This document shows, piece by piece, positions 25,190-38,867 of a stretch of DNA of 64,000 bases. The translations under genes were made by a program, and so were the position numbers. Positions within the stretch are counted from its first letter, which is position 1; each line of letters begins with the position of its first letter. The stretch spans positions 142,419,760-142,483,759 of the forward strand of contig NC_068983.1 of the NCBI RefSeq assembly GCF_001194135.2, read 5' to 3'. This DNA comes from Octopus bimaculoides (lineage: Eukaryota). The notes beneath the pieces were generated by a model, which worked only from the letters and a program-made list of their open reading frames with translations, did no database searches and was not told the DNA's origin.

Positions 25190-25650
25190 AAATCTGACAG
25201 TTCCCTGAGAAACGAACATCGAAAATGCTTTTCTCGGGAAAGACAGAAAATACAGTGAGTTGATTGAACTTTGTGAAAACAGTGGATGGGGTGCAAAACG
25301 CTTTTTTGTGTAGATAACTGTTGGAAGATTTTCAGAAGTCTTAGGCTGACTGTAAAGGACAGAAACGTTGTTAGAAAATTGTCTGAAGCCACTGAGAATG
25401 TAAGCCATTATATTTGACTCATGAGAAGGGAAGAGTGGTGCAGCTAGAACAAGCATTACTGATGGGAGAAGCATTTAGTCCTGAGTCAATAATGCTCCCG
25501 TTGTTGTGTAGGAGTTTTGTCACCTACATCGGTGGTTGACCCTGAGTGGCACTGGTGACGCGGCGGAATGAATCGAATCACCTACACAACTGCTTCCCCA
25601 CTTGATGAGTCGTTGATTCCAGCATCCGAAGACGAAGTACACAGCAGCAC
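25190..25650 (+). mobile_element. HERO-like RLE-type non-LTR retrotransposon 3' end
   Basis: LTVP*ETNIENAF.GK.RKYSELIELCENSGWGAKRFFV*ITVGRF...RKLSEATENVSHYI*LMRREEW matches the HERO pattern ELTVPWE....A.ERK..KY..L...C...GW; followed by a GC-richer 3' UTR. Confidence 0.75.
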
Positions 25651-25835
25651 CCTCAGTATACTAGAGTTTACCATAGCTTCAAAAGAACTATAGAAGGCGT
25701 AATCAATTTCTCATATAGACAGTACAGATTATTAATTGAAAATTCATCGCGAAATCCAACAGAGGATGCATTTCATATATAAACATGTATGTGCATATGA
25801 GTGAGAGAGAGAGAGAGAAAGAGAGGGGAGAGGAG

Positions 25836-25939
<104 letters not shown>

Positions 25940-26363
25940 NNNNNNNNNNNNNNNNNNNNNNNNNNNNNNNNNNNNNNNNNNNNNNNNNNNNNNNNNNNNN
26001 NNNNNNNNNNNNNNNNNNNNNNNNNNNNNNNNNNNNNNNNNNNNNNNNNNNNNNNNNNNNNNNNNNNNNNNNNNNNNNNNNNNNNNNNNNNNNNNNNNNN
26101 NNNNNNNNNNNNNNNNNNNNNNNNNNNNNNNNNNNNNNNNNNNNNNNNNNNNNNNNNNNNNNNNNNNNNNNNNNNNNNNNNNNNNNNNNNNNNNNNNNNN
26201 NNNNNNNNNNNNNNNNNNNNNNNNNNNNNNNNNNNNNNNNNNNNNNNNNNNNNNNNNNNNNNNNNNNNNNNNNNNNNNNNNNNNNNNNNNNNNNNNNNNN
26301 NNNNNNNNNNNNNNNNNNNNNNNNNNNNNNNNNNNNNNNNNNNNNNNNNNNNNNNNNNNAAAG

Positions 26364-26494
<131 letters not shown>

Positions 26495-26544
26495 GAGTGT
26501 GTGTGTAAATGAGACAGAGAGAATGTGTGTAACAGAGGCAGAGA

Positions 26545-26609
26545 GGGGAACTGACAGATGGAAAGACAGACAGAGAGCGAGATAACATCATTGCTGTAGA
26601 TAAAAGAAG
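26545..26609. repeat. 65-bp direct repeat, copy 1 (copy 2 at 28122-28186)
   Basis: ggggaac(t/a)gacagatggaaagacagaca(g/a)agagcgagataacatcattgctgtagataaaagaag; 2 mismatches. Confidence 0.95.
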
Positions 26610-27445
26610 TATAATAAATGACATGGATACCCGCAATTCGAGATAATTCTACGAAATTCGATGTGTTGCTTTGTCATCGTATCCTGAAGGGTATCTCGAA
26701 AATAATAGCATTCTCTACATGTATGTATGTATGTATGTATGTATGTATGTATGTATGTATGTATGCCTGTGTTTGTGTATATGCTATATTTTGTGATAAA
26801 TGATGACATCCTTTTGTTTTCTAAGTTCAAACTCCATCCAAGGCCACACTGCTTTTCTTTCTTAGGTGGTCTAAAAATATATATCAGTCTATACATTCGG
26901 GCTGATGTGATCGGCTGTACCCTGGAAGCCAAACACCAATAATTGAAACCAGTCAGCAACCATGGCATCTGATCGATTAAGGCTTGTTGAATGGAATTTG
27001 GTCGACAGAAATTGTGCGGAAGCTAGTCTCTTGCAAGGCACTCCCTACTCACTCGCCCACCCTACTTTCGTCACCGCTTCAGGGATGCACTAAACCCCAC
27101 ACCCACTCCTTCTAAACCAGAGCATCTACCCACAAGAAATTCCATCCCTGCACGTGTGATTTTTTTTTCTGCAGCTGTCAGTTTGCAAGAGTTCAAGCGG
27201 AATGTTAATAGCCTCAATTTCAACGGTCTCAGAGGACCTACAAAGACCTTGAGCACAGCCCCGTTACTTCATGTTAAACCAATTAAAATGAATTATTTCA
27301 GAGCGTGAGTGAGCCATTTTGAATAAGTTTTATTCCACTACACTTCACCATATCAAGCAAGCTGTGACTCAGGACTTGCCTGAAGATCCTATGCACCTAC
27401 AGCTGAAACTCAGAGGACCAAAAGACTAACTCGACCAAACTAAAT

Positions 27446-27889
27446 TATTATTAATCTCTACCATAGTACTGAGTACTCTTTTTTTCTGACAATTAATACT
27501 AAATATATAGGCGCATGTCACAGTGGGCTGAGCGACGGGCTTACAATCTTGAAGTTGTGAGTTCGATTCCTGGACCGGGCAGTGTGTTGTGTTCTTGAGC
27601 AAGAAACGTTGCTCCAGTTCACTTAGCTGTAGAAATGAGTTGCAGCGTCACTGGTGCCAAGCTGTATCGGCTTTTCCCTTTCCCTTAGATAACATCGGTG
27701 ACGTGGAGATGGGTTGCTGGTATGCAGGGCATGCATGGGCGACTGCTGATCTTCCGCAAACTATCTTTGCCCAGACTCGTGCCATGGAGGGGAAGCATCT
27801 CGGTGCAATCCCATGGTCATTCGTGACCGAAGGGGTGGGGGATCTTTGATCTTTTATATAAGATGGAATCTCCCGTCGAAGACGACATA
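27446..27889 (+). repeat. Inverted duplication copy B
   Basis: Matches the reverse complement of 22119-22562; tRNA-like head gttcgattcctggaccgggc. Confidence 0.95.
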
Positions 27890-28254
27890 TGAGTACTCAG
27901 CTTTTGCAAAACAATCTACACAAATGGGTTTTTATTTATTTATTGCGGTCTAATGTATGTGCTGTACGTTAGCTCAAATCGACCTTGTCAGATGTCGAAG
28001 TGATCGCAGAGCAATGCGAAACGAAGTGTTTTTGCTCAAGAACACAACGCACTACCTGGTCCGGGAATTGAAACCACACTCTCACGATCGTGAGTGCAAC
28101 ACTCTACCCACTGGACAACGCGGGGAACAGACAGATGGAAAGACAGACAAAGAGCGAGATAACATCATTGCTGTAGATAAAAGAAGAGCTAAGTTCCTGT
28201 GACGAGCCTACGAAACTTTAAGTTACATGGGGAAGAATATAACCGTTTTAAATA

Positions 28255-28304
<50 letters not shown>

Positions 28305-28308
<4 letters not shown>

Positions 28309-29136
28309 GACAGAAGTAAATAGACACCCCATAAAACATCGTTTTATGTTTATTCTAGCATGTAAAGATTTATATTTTTTATTAATTGACATTTTTATGT
28401 TTCAGGTTCTATATGTGACTGTTTAATCATGCCATGTACAATAAAAACCTTGGAACTGTCTGAATTTCAAAGAGGCCGTATTGTGGGTCATTCTGAAAGT
28501 AGACATAGCATAAAATCACAGAAAACCTTGGGATCCTGCTCTCTACAGTTAATTGAGTGATTGTGCAATTCACCAGAGAGAGAAAGGAATCCACGTCACT
28601 TCACTCAGATCAACCAGGGCCCTCTGACGGGATCCTTCTCTTTGCTAAGAGAAGTGTGGAGGATAATCCTCGTTGCAAGGCCTCTGACATAGTAGAACAA
28701 GTGGATGCCAGTCCCACAACAGCTGACAGGCATCTATACAAACTTGGTGACCATAGCAGAGCAGCAAGAAGGAAGCCACTTCTTCGACCAGCCAACATCA
28801 AGCAGAGAAAAGATTGGGCCAGTGAGATGGTGAAGAGGTCACTAGCTTTTTGGGACACTGTCATATTCTCTGACGAGTCCAGATTTGTTGTATTTCCTGA
28901 CAGTGGTCGAGTGTGGGTCTGGAGATTCTGTGATCAAGAATTTGATGTGAAAAGATTGCAGCCAACAATGAAATATGGCAGCTATTCTGTGCTGGTCTAG
29001 GGAACAATTTGGAGCAATGGTCGATCAGAGCTGGTGGAGTGTGAGGGAAACATAAACTCAGATAAATATGTGTCCATATTGCAGAAAGGACTCCTTCCAA
29101 TCTTCTCCGGTGGTGAAATGATTAAAGAAGACTCTT
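28305..29136 (+). mobile_element. Tc1-family transposon, 5' two-thirds (runs into a gap)
   Basis: ATG 28429 MPCTIKTLELSEFQRGRIVGHSES...RAARRKPLLRPANIKQRKDWA...WDTVIFSDESRF...LQPTMKYG...[18 protein letters not shown]; stops and frameshifts present. Confidence 0.92.
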
Positions 29137-29573
29137 NNNNNNNNNNNNNNNNNNNNNNNNNNNNNNNNNNNNNNNNNNNNNNNNNNNNNNNNNNNNNNNN
29201 NNNNNNNNNNNNNNNNNNNNNNNNNNNNNNNNNNNNNNNNNNNNNNNNNNNNNNNNNNNNNNNNNNNNNNNNNNNNNNNNNNNNNNNNNNNNNNNNNNNN
29301 NNNNNNNNNNNNNNNNNNNNNNNNNNNNNNNNNNNNNNNNNNNNNNNNNNNNNNNNNNNNNNNNNNNNNNNNNNNNNNNNNNNNNNNNNNNNNNNNNNNN
29401 NNNNNNNNNNNNNNNNNNNNNNNNNNNNNNNNNNNNNNNNNNNNNNNNNNNNNNNNNNNNNNNNNNNNNNNNNNNNNNNNNNNNNNNNNNNNNNNNNNNN
29501 NNNNNNNNNNNNNNNNNNNNNNNNNNNNNNNNNNNNNNNNNNNNNNNNNNNNNNNNNNNNNNNNNNNNNNNNN

Positions 29574-29611
<38 letters not shown>

Positions 29612-31416
29612 TGTGTGTGTGCCGGCATGTCAAGTCGATAAGCTACCAGGCTTTCCATTGAAGTATCGGTTGTTACATCGACTCTTCAAGTTGATAGCCT
29701 GATAGCTTACACAAACCACTAATACATATATCCGTGACATACTTAATCCTCAATGATTTAAGGATAGTCACAACAATGTAGACAGCCTGCTACGCTCTAT
29801 GTCGGTGTGAATCAGACTTTTAATAAAGCAGAACAAGTGCTGGTGACGGCGTCGTCAGCGGTCATGCTGGTGAAAATGATTAAGTCTCTTAAAGTCAAAT
29901 CTAATTCAATAGACCAATGATGAAAGGGCTGAAAGATATTCCAAATATGACTATCCTGTTTTCTTCTTTTAAATACATAACGTGTCTATGGCTACATTAT
30001 CCTAAGTGTCCTTCCTTGTTTTTGAGGTAAAAGGATTTGTTTGATGAAGTTTTGAAGACAATGTTAATGGCGTTGATATTGCATAAACTCCAAGTCAAAT
30101 AATTCTGAGTATACTAAAAGGCATTCCGGTTGTGACCATCCCGTCTTTCTAGGGTCATGTCGGACTCTATTATTTAATTTGTCATTTTCATACTTAAGAC
30201 AGCAGGGTGTGATTGGAAGTGACTTGACTCGTGATGTTGTTGTTGTAGTTTAGCTCCAGATCAACTCTGGGTTGGCAAACCCATGATCAAAGACATTCCA
30301 ATCATGATAACGCCGTCTTTTCAGCGGGGATGTCTGAGAATATATTACCTAACGTAACCTTACCTTACTAAAGATAATAGGAAATTATTTGAGCGATATT
30401 AGGCTGCTTTTTCGATCGACAAAGCAAAAGTTCCAGCAGATAGTTTTGAAAATGGAAGTAGCCATAATGCTCTTGTTGCCTACATTCAAATCAGTCATGA
30501 CTGAACCGACTTTTAATCAATGTTGCTCCAGTTGTGCCATGATTCAAGGTAAATCTGATGACAAACTTTTAATGGGCGCGGTCACATAATGGCACACTGA
30601 TTCAGGCGTGAAACGTGATATATTTTATGTTCTAAATGTGACTCAAACCACAAAGCAATAAAAAGCCACGGCCAGGCCTGTTCAAAGCGGGCAATAAATA
30701 TATGCCGGATGTGAAATGTATGCCACGTTTCATAGTGTATATTTAGTATTTTAGTAACCAATGCTAAGCACATATGATTTATATATGGGTTACGGGTAAA
30801 TACAGGTACATGTAGAGTGGATAAGAAACACAACAGAATAAAAGAACTAAAACTACTTATATAAATATACGTAATTCTTTGTCAAAGAAACCTCCCTCTC
30901 AAACTATCTAACAGTAAATAGTCCGTAAGAAATAGTCCGTACGAAAGCTCCTTTTCTTTATAATAAGGTTGGCAGGTCCACCTGAAATTGTGAGCCCCTC
31001 CTAACTGGAAGATCTGTGCTCACTTTTCACTGCAAGGAGCAACAGCACTGTAAAACAGACGAAAGTATATCCTTAACTTGCAGTCAGCTGGTACAATTTA
31101 AAGAATGATCGATGTTACACAGCCAACTTGATGCAGAGCCACCAGAGCGGCTTGTGTCATGCTGTTGCCGCTGCTGCTGCTACTGTTGCTGGTACTGCTG
31201 CTGTTGTTGTTGTTGTTGTTGTTGTTGTTTTGTTATCCTTGATCAGCAGACCATCCATTTTTTATCCAGCAATAATAAATCTACGACTATCGTTTACCAA
31301 AGTCTTTTTTTTTTCAGGACGGTACGAATGAGTGTGAATTTACGTCACGGAAGTGTCATGATAGTCATTTAAAATGCACATATATCGTAACGTACAAATG
31401 AATGCATGCTTATATA

Positions 31417-32515
31417 CGAAGATGGCCTGAAAGATTCGTAGGCTGACTATGAAGAAATGATGCTAAAGCTGTGAAATTTTGCATGCATTAATTTCAACCC
31501 TTCTTACTAATAACGGCATAGTTTCTTTCCAGGTAAACTAACACCTAGTTGTTCAAAGAAGACTTCAAAAATAATTAGTAGCGACTTCTCTTGAAAATGG
31601 ACAAAATTTGGCATCGTGGTGTTATCAAGCATCTGCTGGAAAAGGGTTTAGATGCCAGGAACATTCATGATTATATGCTTGCTACATTAGGGGATCATGC
31701 TCCAGCTTTATCAACAATGCAAAAGTGGCCAGCTGGACTTAGGAGGGAAGGGAAGGAAATCTTGAAGATGGCCCAAAGTCTGCAACTGCCACCACCAAGG
31801 AAAACCTTGATCATGTTCACTACATGCTGATGGATGATAGGCGATTGACTATAAACCAAATATTCTGCGCAATGAATTTGTCATGACGAAGATTTCTGCT
31901 CGGTAGGTGTCACTCTACTGACACCCGACCAAAAGTGCACCAGGCTGATCACATCACGAGAAAATTTGACATTGATTAAGGCGGATTTAACTGGTTTCCT
32001 TGAACGTTTCCTAAACCGGGATGAGTGTTGGCTTCATCACTTTGAGCTAAAGACAAAGAGACAATCTATGCAGGGACCCACCACCCCTCAGCTGCTCCAA
32101 AGAAAGCCAAGAGCGTTACATCTGAAGGGAAGGTAATGGTCTCAGTTTCTTTGCGATGCAAAAGGCATTGTGTTTATTGACTCAAATGGCATTGTATTAG
32201 TTGACTATCTTCAAAAGGGCTACAACATCAATGGAAAGTACTATACCAACTTGCTGAGGCAGTTATGAAACGCTATCAAAACCAAACTCCCAGGAAATCT
32301 GACGAAAGGGGTTATGCTCCATCAGGACATTGCTCCAACACACAAGTCCTTGGTTTCAATAGCTGCTGTGCGTGACTGTGGCTTTGAACTGGTTGATCAA
32401 ATTCCCTATTCTCCTGATTTGGCCCCATCTGACAATCATCTGTTCCCCAATATTAAAAAAAAAACACTTGGCTGGGAACCAGTATCACAATGATGACGAC
32501 GTTATATCTGCTATT
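31417..32515 (+). mobile_element. Mariner (DD34D) element with left TIR; degenerate transposase; right end missing
   Basis: TA+CGAAGATGGCCTGAAAGATTCGTAGGCTGAC; MDKIWHRGVIK..., DECWLHHF, HQDIAP, YSPDLAPSD. Confidence 0.92.
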
Positions 32516-33544
32516 GTTACCAGTTACCCCACCCTGGTATGCTTTCTTGTATATATTACGATATTCTCAGTCTTGAAGGGGAGAAAGGTTAGAGCCCCAA
32601 AGGCAATGGTAGAAGTAAGTGAAAACAGTTCTAACTGGATCTAGTCAAGTAGGTACAAAAGTGAACTTCAGAAGGCATAGCTTTCCCTATTTACAAATTG
32701 TGTCTGACAGTTACGTAGTTACAACATTCACCCTAAAAGTGACTTAGCTTTCAGGCACTTGATCACTTTGGAGGACGTAGATTCGAACCAGAAATCAAAA
32801 AATGGGTGCAATCCGGCCCACTTAGAATGTCCGGAGTCAAGAGCCGAAACACTTATATAAAGCCATGAGCAAGTTCTTTTCTGAAAATTTTATACAGTTC
32901 AGCTCTCCCTAAAATTTCTTACTACTTCTATATACTTAGTATCCAACGATTACGTCAAACATCTACGAATTAGAATTTGACACAGGGACATTGACCAGAT
33001 CGCAGATGTATGACGTAGAAGTTTAAAACTTTATGGTATATAATACGAACACTAAAAGTGTATATAACGGATATATGCGTATATGTATGTGAGAGTATGA
33101 GTGTGTATGTATGTATGTATGTATGTATGCTTTTCATCCCGCAAAGGGCGGTGGAACTCTTGCGAGTCAACGGCCATCCAATATGTGTGTAGTTATGTAT
33201 TTACTCTATATCCTCCACTTTTTTTCTCACTAATTTTAGATATTGTAAATTTTAACAGTTTGCTCATTATATATATAAATAAAAAGAAAGAGAGAGAGAA
33301 GAAAACAAAGAGAAAAAGAAAAAAAGGAGAAAAGAACTTTTTTTTTTTTCATGGTTTGCTCATATTTTATGTAAATTTTTATAGTTTGTTCATTATATAG
33401 ATTTTTTCATGTATTCCATATCGCTATATCGTATATTTTATGTATATATTGTATATCAACATTAAATTTTTTNNNNNNNNNNCCCCCCCCCCCAGCTTAA
33501 GGCTGTTTTTATTTTTTTTATCCAGCTTAATGCTGTTTTTTTTT

Positions 33545-34110
33545 TTGCGCGGGGACATAGAAATAATCGGACTGAATACCCGATCGCGCGGTTAAACCAT
33601 TGAGAGTGAAGGACCCCTAGCCCTTGTTAGGGCATCTTTCTAGGTGAAGGTCTCAGGCAACTGGGATCACTCCGACATAAAACCTGCAGCTCAGTGTTTA
33701 CCGATGATGTTGAATTGTTCTTCTTTTCGGGTTATGGCTACTGTTGCTTAGTGAGTGGGATTGACTCAGTGCACAGCCTTTCCTCACTTTAAAAAAAAAT
33801 TTTCTTGCACAGGCACTGCACGATAACAACATGGATTGATTGATTAACCAATTAACAAATTGATGATTGTTGATAGTGCTGTAAGTCTCAACCGAATGGC
33901 TGGTTGTAGCCTTAAAAAGCAAACAATCAATGATGTACCAAAACAGTAAAAAAATAAATGGCAGTAAGGACTCTGGGACCACATCAGATGAAAGAGTCTG
34001 GCCCGGCAGGGTATCCAGAGCATCACAGTCTAAACCCGGCCGTCATCATGCTACTGTGATAGAACCAAATAGCTTCGTGAAATGGCCATACTCGATAACG
34101 AGGGGGCAGC
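33545..34110 (+). mobile_element. Probable 5' UTR and ORF start of an R4/Dong-like LINE
   Basis: GC-richer structured leader followed by MMYQNSKK..DSGTTSDERVWPGRV..GRHHAT, resembling R4/Dong N-termini; lies upstream of the RLE segment at 34720. Inference. Confidence 0.5.
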
Positions 34111-34719
34111 CATCATGTATGTATGTATGCTTGTATTATGTGCAGGCTTGATAAGTACCAACACACGTAACTATNNNNNNNNNNNNNNNNNNNNNNNNNN
34201 NNNNNNNNNNNNNNNNNNNNNNNNNNNNNNNNNNNNNNNNNNNNNNNNNNNNNNNNNNNNNNNNNNNNNNNNNNNNNNNNNNNNNNNNNNNNNNNNNNNN
34301 NNNNNNNNNNNNNNNNNNNNNNNNNNNNNNNNNNNNNNNNNNNNNNNNNNNNNNNNNNNNNNNNNNNNNNNNNNNNNNNNNNNNNNNNNNNNNNNNNNNN
34401 NNNNNNNNNNNNNNNNNNNNNNNNNNNNNNNNNNNNNNNNNNNNNNNNNNNNNNNNNNNNNNNNNNNNNNNNNNNNNNNNNNNNNNNNNNNNNNNNNNNN
34501 NNNNNNNNNNNNNNNNNNNNNNNNNNNNNNNNNNNNNNNNNNNAGAGAGAGAGATATTATTTTTGTATAATCTGAAATAGAATACCCGTATATCGATTAA
34601 TCCCCAAAAATTGAATATTGACTTTTATCAGATACTTTGTATATTTATAGATAAACATATAAATATACGATAAATAAGACCCCAAAGTACGATATGTAGC
34701 CCAAAGTAAGGAAACCTTA

Positions 34720-35629
34720 CTAGCGACAGTTAGGAACGAGGGAGTATTGAGAGCAGAGAAAAATGGAAAACAAAGGAAGAAGTACAAAAAGGATATGAAG
34801 ACGAATTTCGCAAGAAGGGGCTACACAATCAATTCCATGTAGCCACAACAGAAGTTGCTGGAAAAAATAAGTGGGATTGGCTGGTGAAAGAAAAAAAGAG
34901 ACCGGGAGCACTATACTCGCAGTGTAAGACCAAGCTTTGGCTATGAACTGGAGGCTCAACCTTAGAAATGAACAAGTGTCTCCGCTGTGCTGCATCTACA
35001 ATAGAGTGGATGAAACCGTTGCCCATATCACGAACGAATGCCTTGGACTTACCCAAAACCACTACAATTTGTGGTGACACGATCAGGTATCGAAAGTGCT
35101 ACATTGGAAACTGTGTGAAAGAGGCAAGACGTGGTATGAACACAAACCGCAGAGAATGGCAGAGGTGGACACTAGCAAAATCCTCTGAGATTTCCCAGTC
35201 CAAACAGATGCTAGAAGATAACAGACCAGATCTAGTGGTGGTGGACAAGATGCACCACATATGCTATATAGTTGATGTCGCATGCCCCTTTGACCCACGA
35301 ATAGTCAAGAAAGAAAGCGAAAAGATAGATAGATACAACCCTCTTAAGTACGAAATACCCCGACTATGGAAAATGAAGAAGGTGAAGATAGTGCCAATTA
35401 TTGTTGGGAATTGTATCAGAAGACCTCAAGGGGAATGTAAAGGAAATTGGAATAGAGTGCCCACTAGAACTGTTACAAGAGGTTTACCTCCTTGGCACGG
35501 CCAGAATAATCAGGAAAGTATTGGATAGCTGAAAAGAACGAATAGTGGGCTGCAGGTAGTAAGCCCGCTACGCATGCAAGACTCCAGGAGCTCCAACAAA
35601 ACCTGTGATAAAGATCAAATAATAATAAT
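34720..35629 (+). mobile_element. R4/Dong-like LINE C-terminus (degraded zinc knuckle + restriction-like endonuclease) with (TAA)n tail
   Basis: KGLHNQF..WDWL..DQAL..ETVAHITNEC..HDQVSKVLHWKLC..NRPDLVVVDKMHHICYIVDVACPFDPRIVKKESEKIDRYNPLKYEIPRLW..KIVPIIVG; ends aaataataataat (35618-35629). Confidence 0.9.
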
Positions 35630-36866
35630 CCTTGGATGGAATTTATAAATTCCATTCAAAGATTCTTCTTCTTATTATTATTATAATTATTATATTTACC
35701 CTACGTTATATCGGTACAGCTCGATGCGACCCCGAAAAACTGGTATCGCCAGTCAGCATCATTAGACTCAGACCGGCATAATAGGAGATTTATTTGCATA
35801 TTCAAAACGTTTCTCATAAACAAATTTAAAAGATATGTATGTATGTATGCATGCATGCATGCATGTATTTATGAAGGTTGCTCCATTTTCATAGATGATT
35901 ACCGTATTCTGGTGTTTTCTTCTTGTCGATAGCATTTGTAACTTTCTGTTCATGCCCTCTTAGATATGACAGTCTTGTTGCAGATCCGCATGGTTTGGGG
36001 CATAGGTGACAGATGGGAGTTACATCTTACTGTGCGCTTCCGACTGGTTAGGTCTGCACACGTCATCAATCTTGTATCATATGGAATGACGATTAAGGTC
36101 ACCGTAAAGAGACATCTGTACGTTATTGAATTATGGTAATAAACACTTGTACAACCCGAATACCTCTCTCTGAGTCTCCGGCATTTGTACCACAAAATAC
36201 AAAGACACAGAAAATTAAGGGGAGCATATGATGTCTCAGGTCTAACAGCTGTTTCTAGGGGCTCGGAATTACTTCATAATGTTGGCAGATGTAGTTCACA
36301 AAAAGTCAAGAATATGCAGTCATAAGTACCTAACCATTTTTTCACCCAAAAGACGGAGGTCGGAACTACTTAATGTTTATATGCTTCCACACGACTGGAA
36401 GCATATATCTAGCCCAAGCGGTTAAATTGTTTATTTGCATCATTATCTCCATATCTGCTCGCTTGGATTCCTCTTATAGCTACACTTTACCTTGCTACTT
36501 AGTCCTCGTTAAAGATTTCGGTGTGTAAGTTCAAATCATTTGAGTGCCACCCACGATGTTTTCTAAATTGAGCAGCCATGGATCTCATCACACGCACACA
36601 CATATACATATATATGTAAATAAACGCACGCACACACACGCACAATCGCGCGCGCATGTACACACACACACACACACACACACATAAATGATTCGGTATA
36701 TCTCATTTAACGAGGACACACTGTAGTAAGCCACACAACTGTTGTGTTCGTCCCGAGAAAGCATCTTGTATAGAACGTATAGTGCTAAAAAGCACAGTAT
36801 ATCAGTAGCAGAAATCGTCCGGCAGCGAAGTGTGTGTGTGTGTGTGTGTGTATGTGTGTGTGTGCA

Positions 36867-36901
<35 letters not shown>

Positions 36902-37545
36902 ATGCGTGCGTGCGCACGTGTGCGTATGTCTGTGTGAGTGTGCGTATGTCTGTGTGAGTGTGTGCGCGTTCGTATGTGTGTGTTGTTTTTTAAAGAACTC
37001 GGCAAACTGTAGGTGGAGGTCTCTTTCCAATTCTGAAACATGAAGAGGAAGACAGGAGGACAGACGCATAAATTTCAATTGGCCATTATACTACTTACAA
37101 CACTTTAGTCAAACCACATGGCTGTAAAACTGTTCTGTCAGAGTAGTAATGATAATAAAGGATATATAAAATATAATTTACAATAATAGATATAAAAAAA
37201 TATGTGAAAACAAAGAAACAACGGTGGAGTTTACGAAGAAAAAAAATAGAGAGCGTGTATGTATATCTGAACGTATGTTTGTATGTATGTCAGGGCATTT
37301 TTTATTGATTCTATGTAGTGTTTTTTTTTTCTTTTCTTTTCTTTCTTCTTGGTGGGGGCATTTTCAGTTAACAAATGAGAAAATGTTCAATGGTTGTGTT
37401 GAAATAATGGAAAATAAATATGTGCCTACATACACATTTATATATGCATTCATACATACACACTAACATACACAACCACACACATACACATACGCATACA
37501 TGCAGATACATATGAAAGTAATATAATATGGTAGGTTAATTAACA

Positions 37546-37596
<51 letters not shown>

Positions 37597-37991
37597 CTGA
37601 ATCGATAAAAGCCATAAAGAATGGAATGCATTTGTTCCATAAGGTTTACTCTCAAGGACAACGGCTGGTGAAGTGGCTCTTACATGAATGACAAAAACAC
37701 TGTGAAGTTGCATATACATATATCGATCGAATGATGCCTGCCTCCCCTCTTCCTCTCTCTTTCTTTCTCTCTCTGCCTGCGTGCCCGCTTGCCATTCGTT
37801 CGTTTATTCATTCATCCAATTATTTCAATCATTCATCAGAACATTCATTCATTCATTCGCTCATTCAGTCAGATATTCAGACATCCAGTCATTCATTTAG
37901 TCAGATCAAGGAAGTCATTCATACAAATTATATCTGCTGACTCAGCTCAGTAACTACACACACGCACACACACACGCGCACGCACACGCAC

Positions 37992-38033
<42 letters not shown>

Positions 38034-38642
38034 ACACACAAACAGATTTACACGCATATGCACGCACAAGGCACGTACGTAAACACATTAATACATAGAC
38101 ATTAATGCATACATGTGCATCCAATTGCTTTTCTGTTCCCTCCCCTCTCCCTGTCTTTCTCTCTCTCTCTCTCTCCCCCTCTCTCTCTCTCTCACTCTCT
38201 CTCTCTCTTCTCCTTTTCCTCCTTCATTTCTCACCTTTGTTCCTCTTCGTCACTTCCCCCCTTCTTTCAACTATCTTTATCCACCCCCAATCACCAGCAC
38301 CGTCATCACCACCATTAAACGTTACCAATTCTTCTCGTCAAATCTACCTCTTCACTCTTCCACATTCACCACCACCAACTCCTCCTTCTCCACTACCACC
38401 ACAACCACTACTCTACCACCACCTCCACTACTACTACTACTACTACTACTACCACCTCCACTACGACTACTACTTGCATAATCAAAGGCTCTGAAAAATA
38501 TTTTAATAAAAAATGCGAACACTCCCTCACCCTCCTTCGCTATCATTCTCACCGGAAGCTTCTACGTGGTTGCTCCATATGCTAGAAATAGTGACCCAAA
38601 TTTGCCCAAACTCAATCCTAACCGCGTATAAATAGAAATGCA

Positions 38643-38683
<41 letters not shown>

Positions 38684-38867
38684 TATCATCATCATTATCG
38701 GCGTCGTGAATTTGATTCCATTGACTGTGCATGAATTCCAAGATAGTCTTTTAAGTCTTTATTTCCTTTGTTCTTTGTGCATGTAGATCAGGAATGGGCA
38801 ACTTTTTCGAAAGTGAGACATGGTTCATAATGAGCCCAGCAGCACTACTAAACACAAATACTCAAGG

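Noticed and set aside
25595-25650. TTGATGAGTC..GACGAAGTAC in the HERO-like 3' UTR
   Set aside because: C3 and A15.1 are both altered and there is no stem I pairing.
28195-28232. TGACGAGCCTACGAAAC hammerhead-like string
   Set aside because: Core lacks the CU start, stem II is 1 bp and stem I needs gaps.
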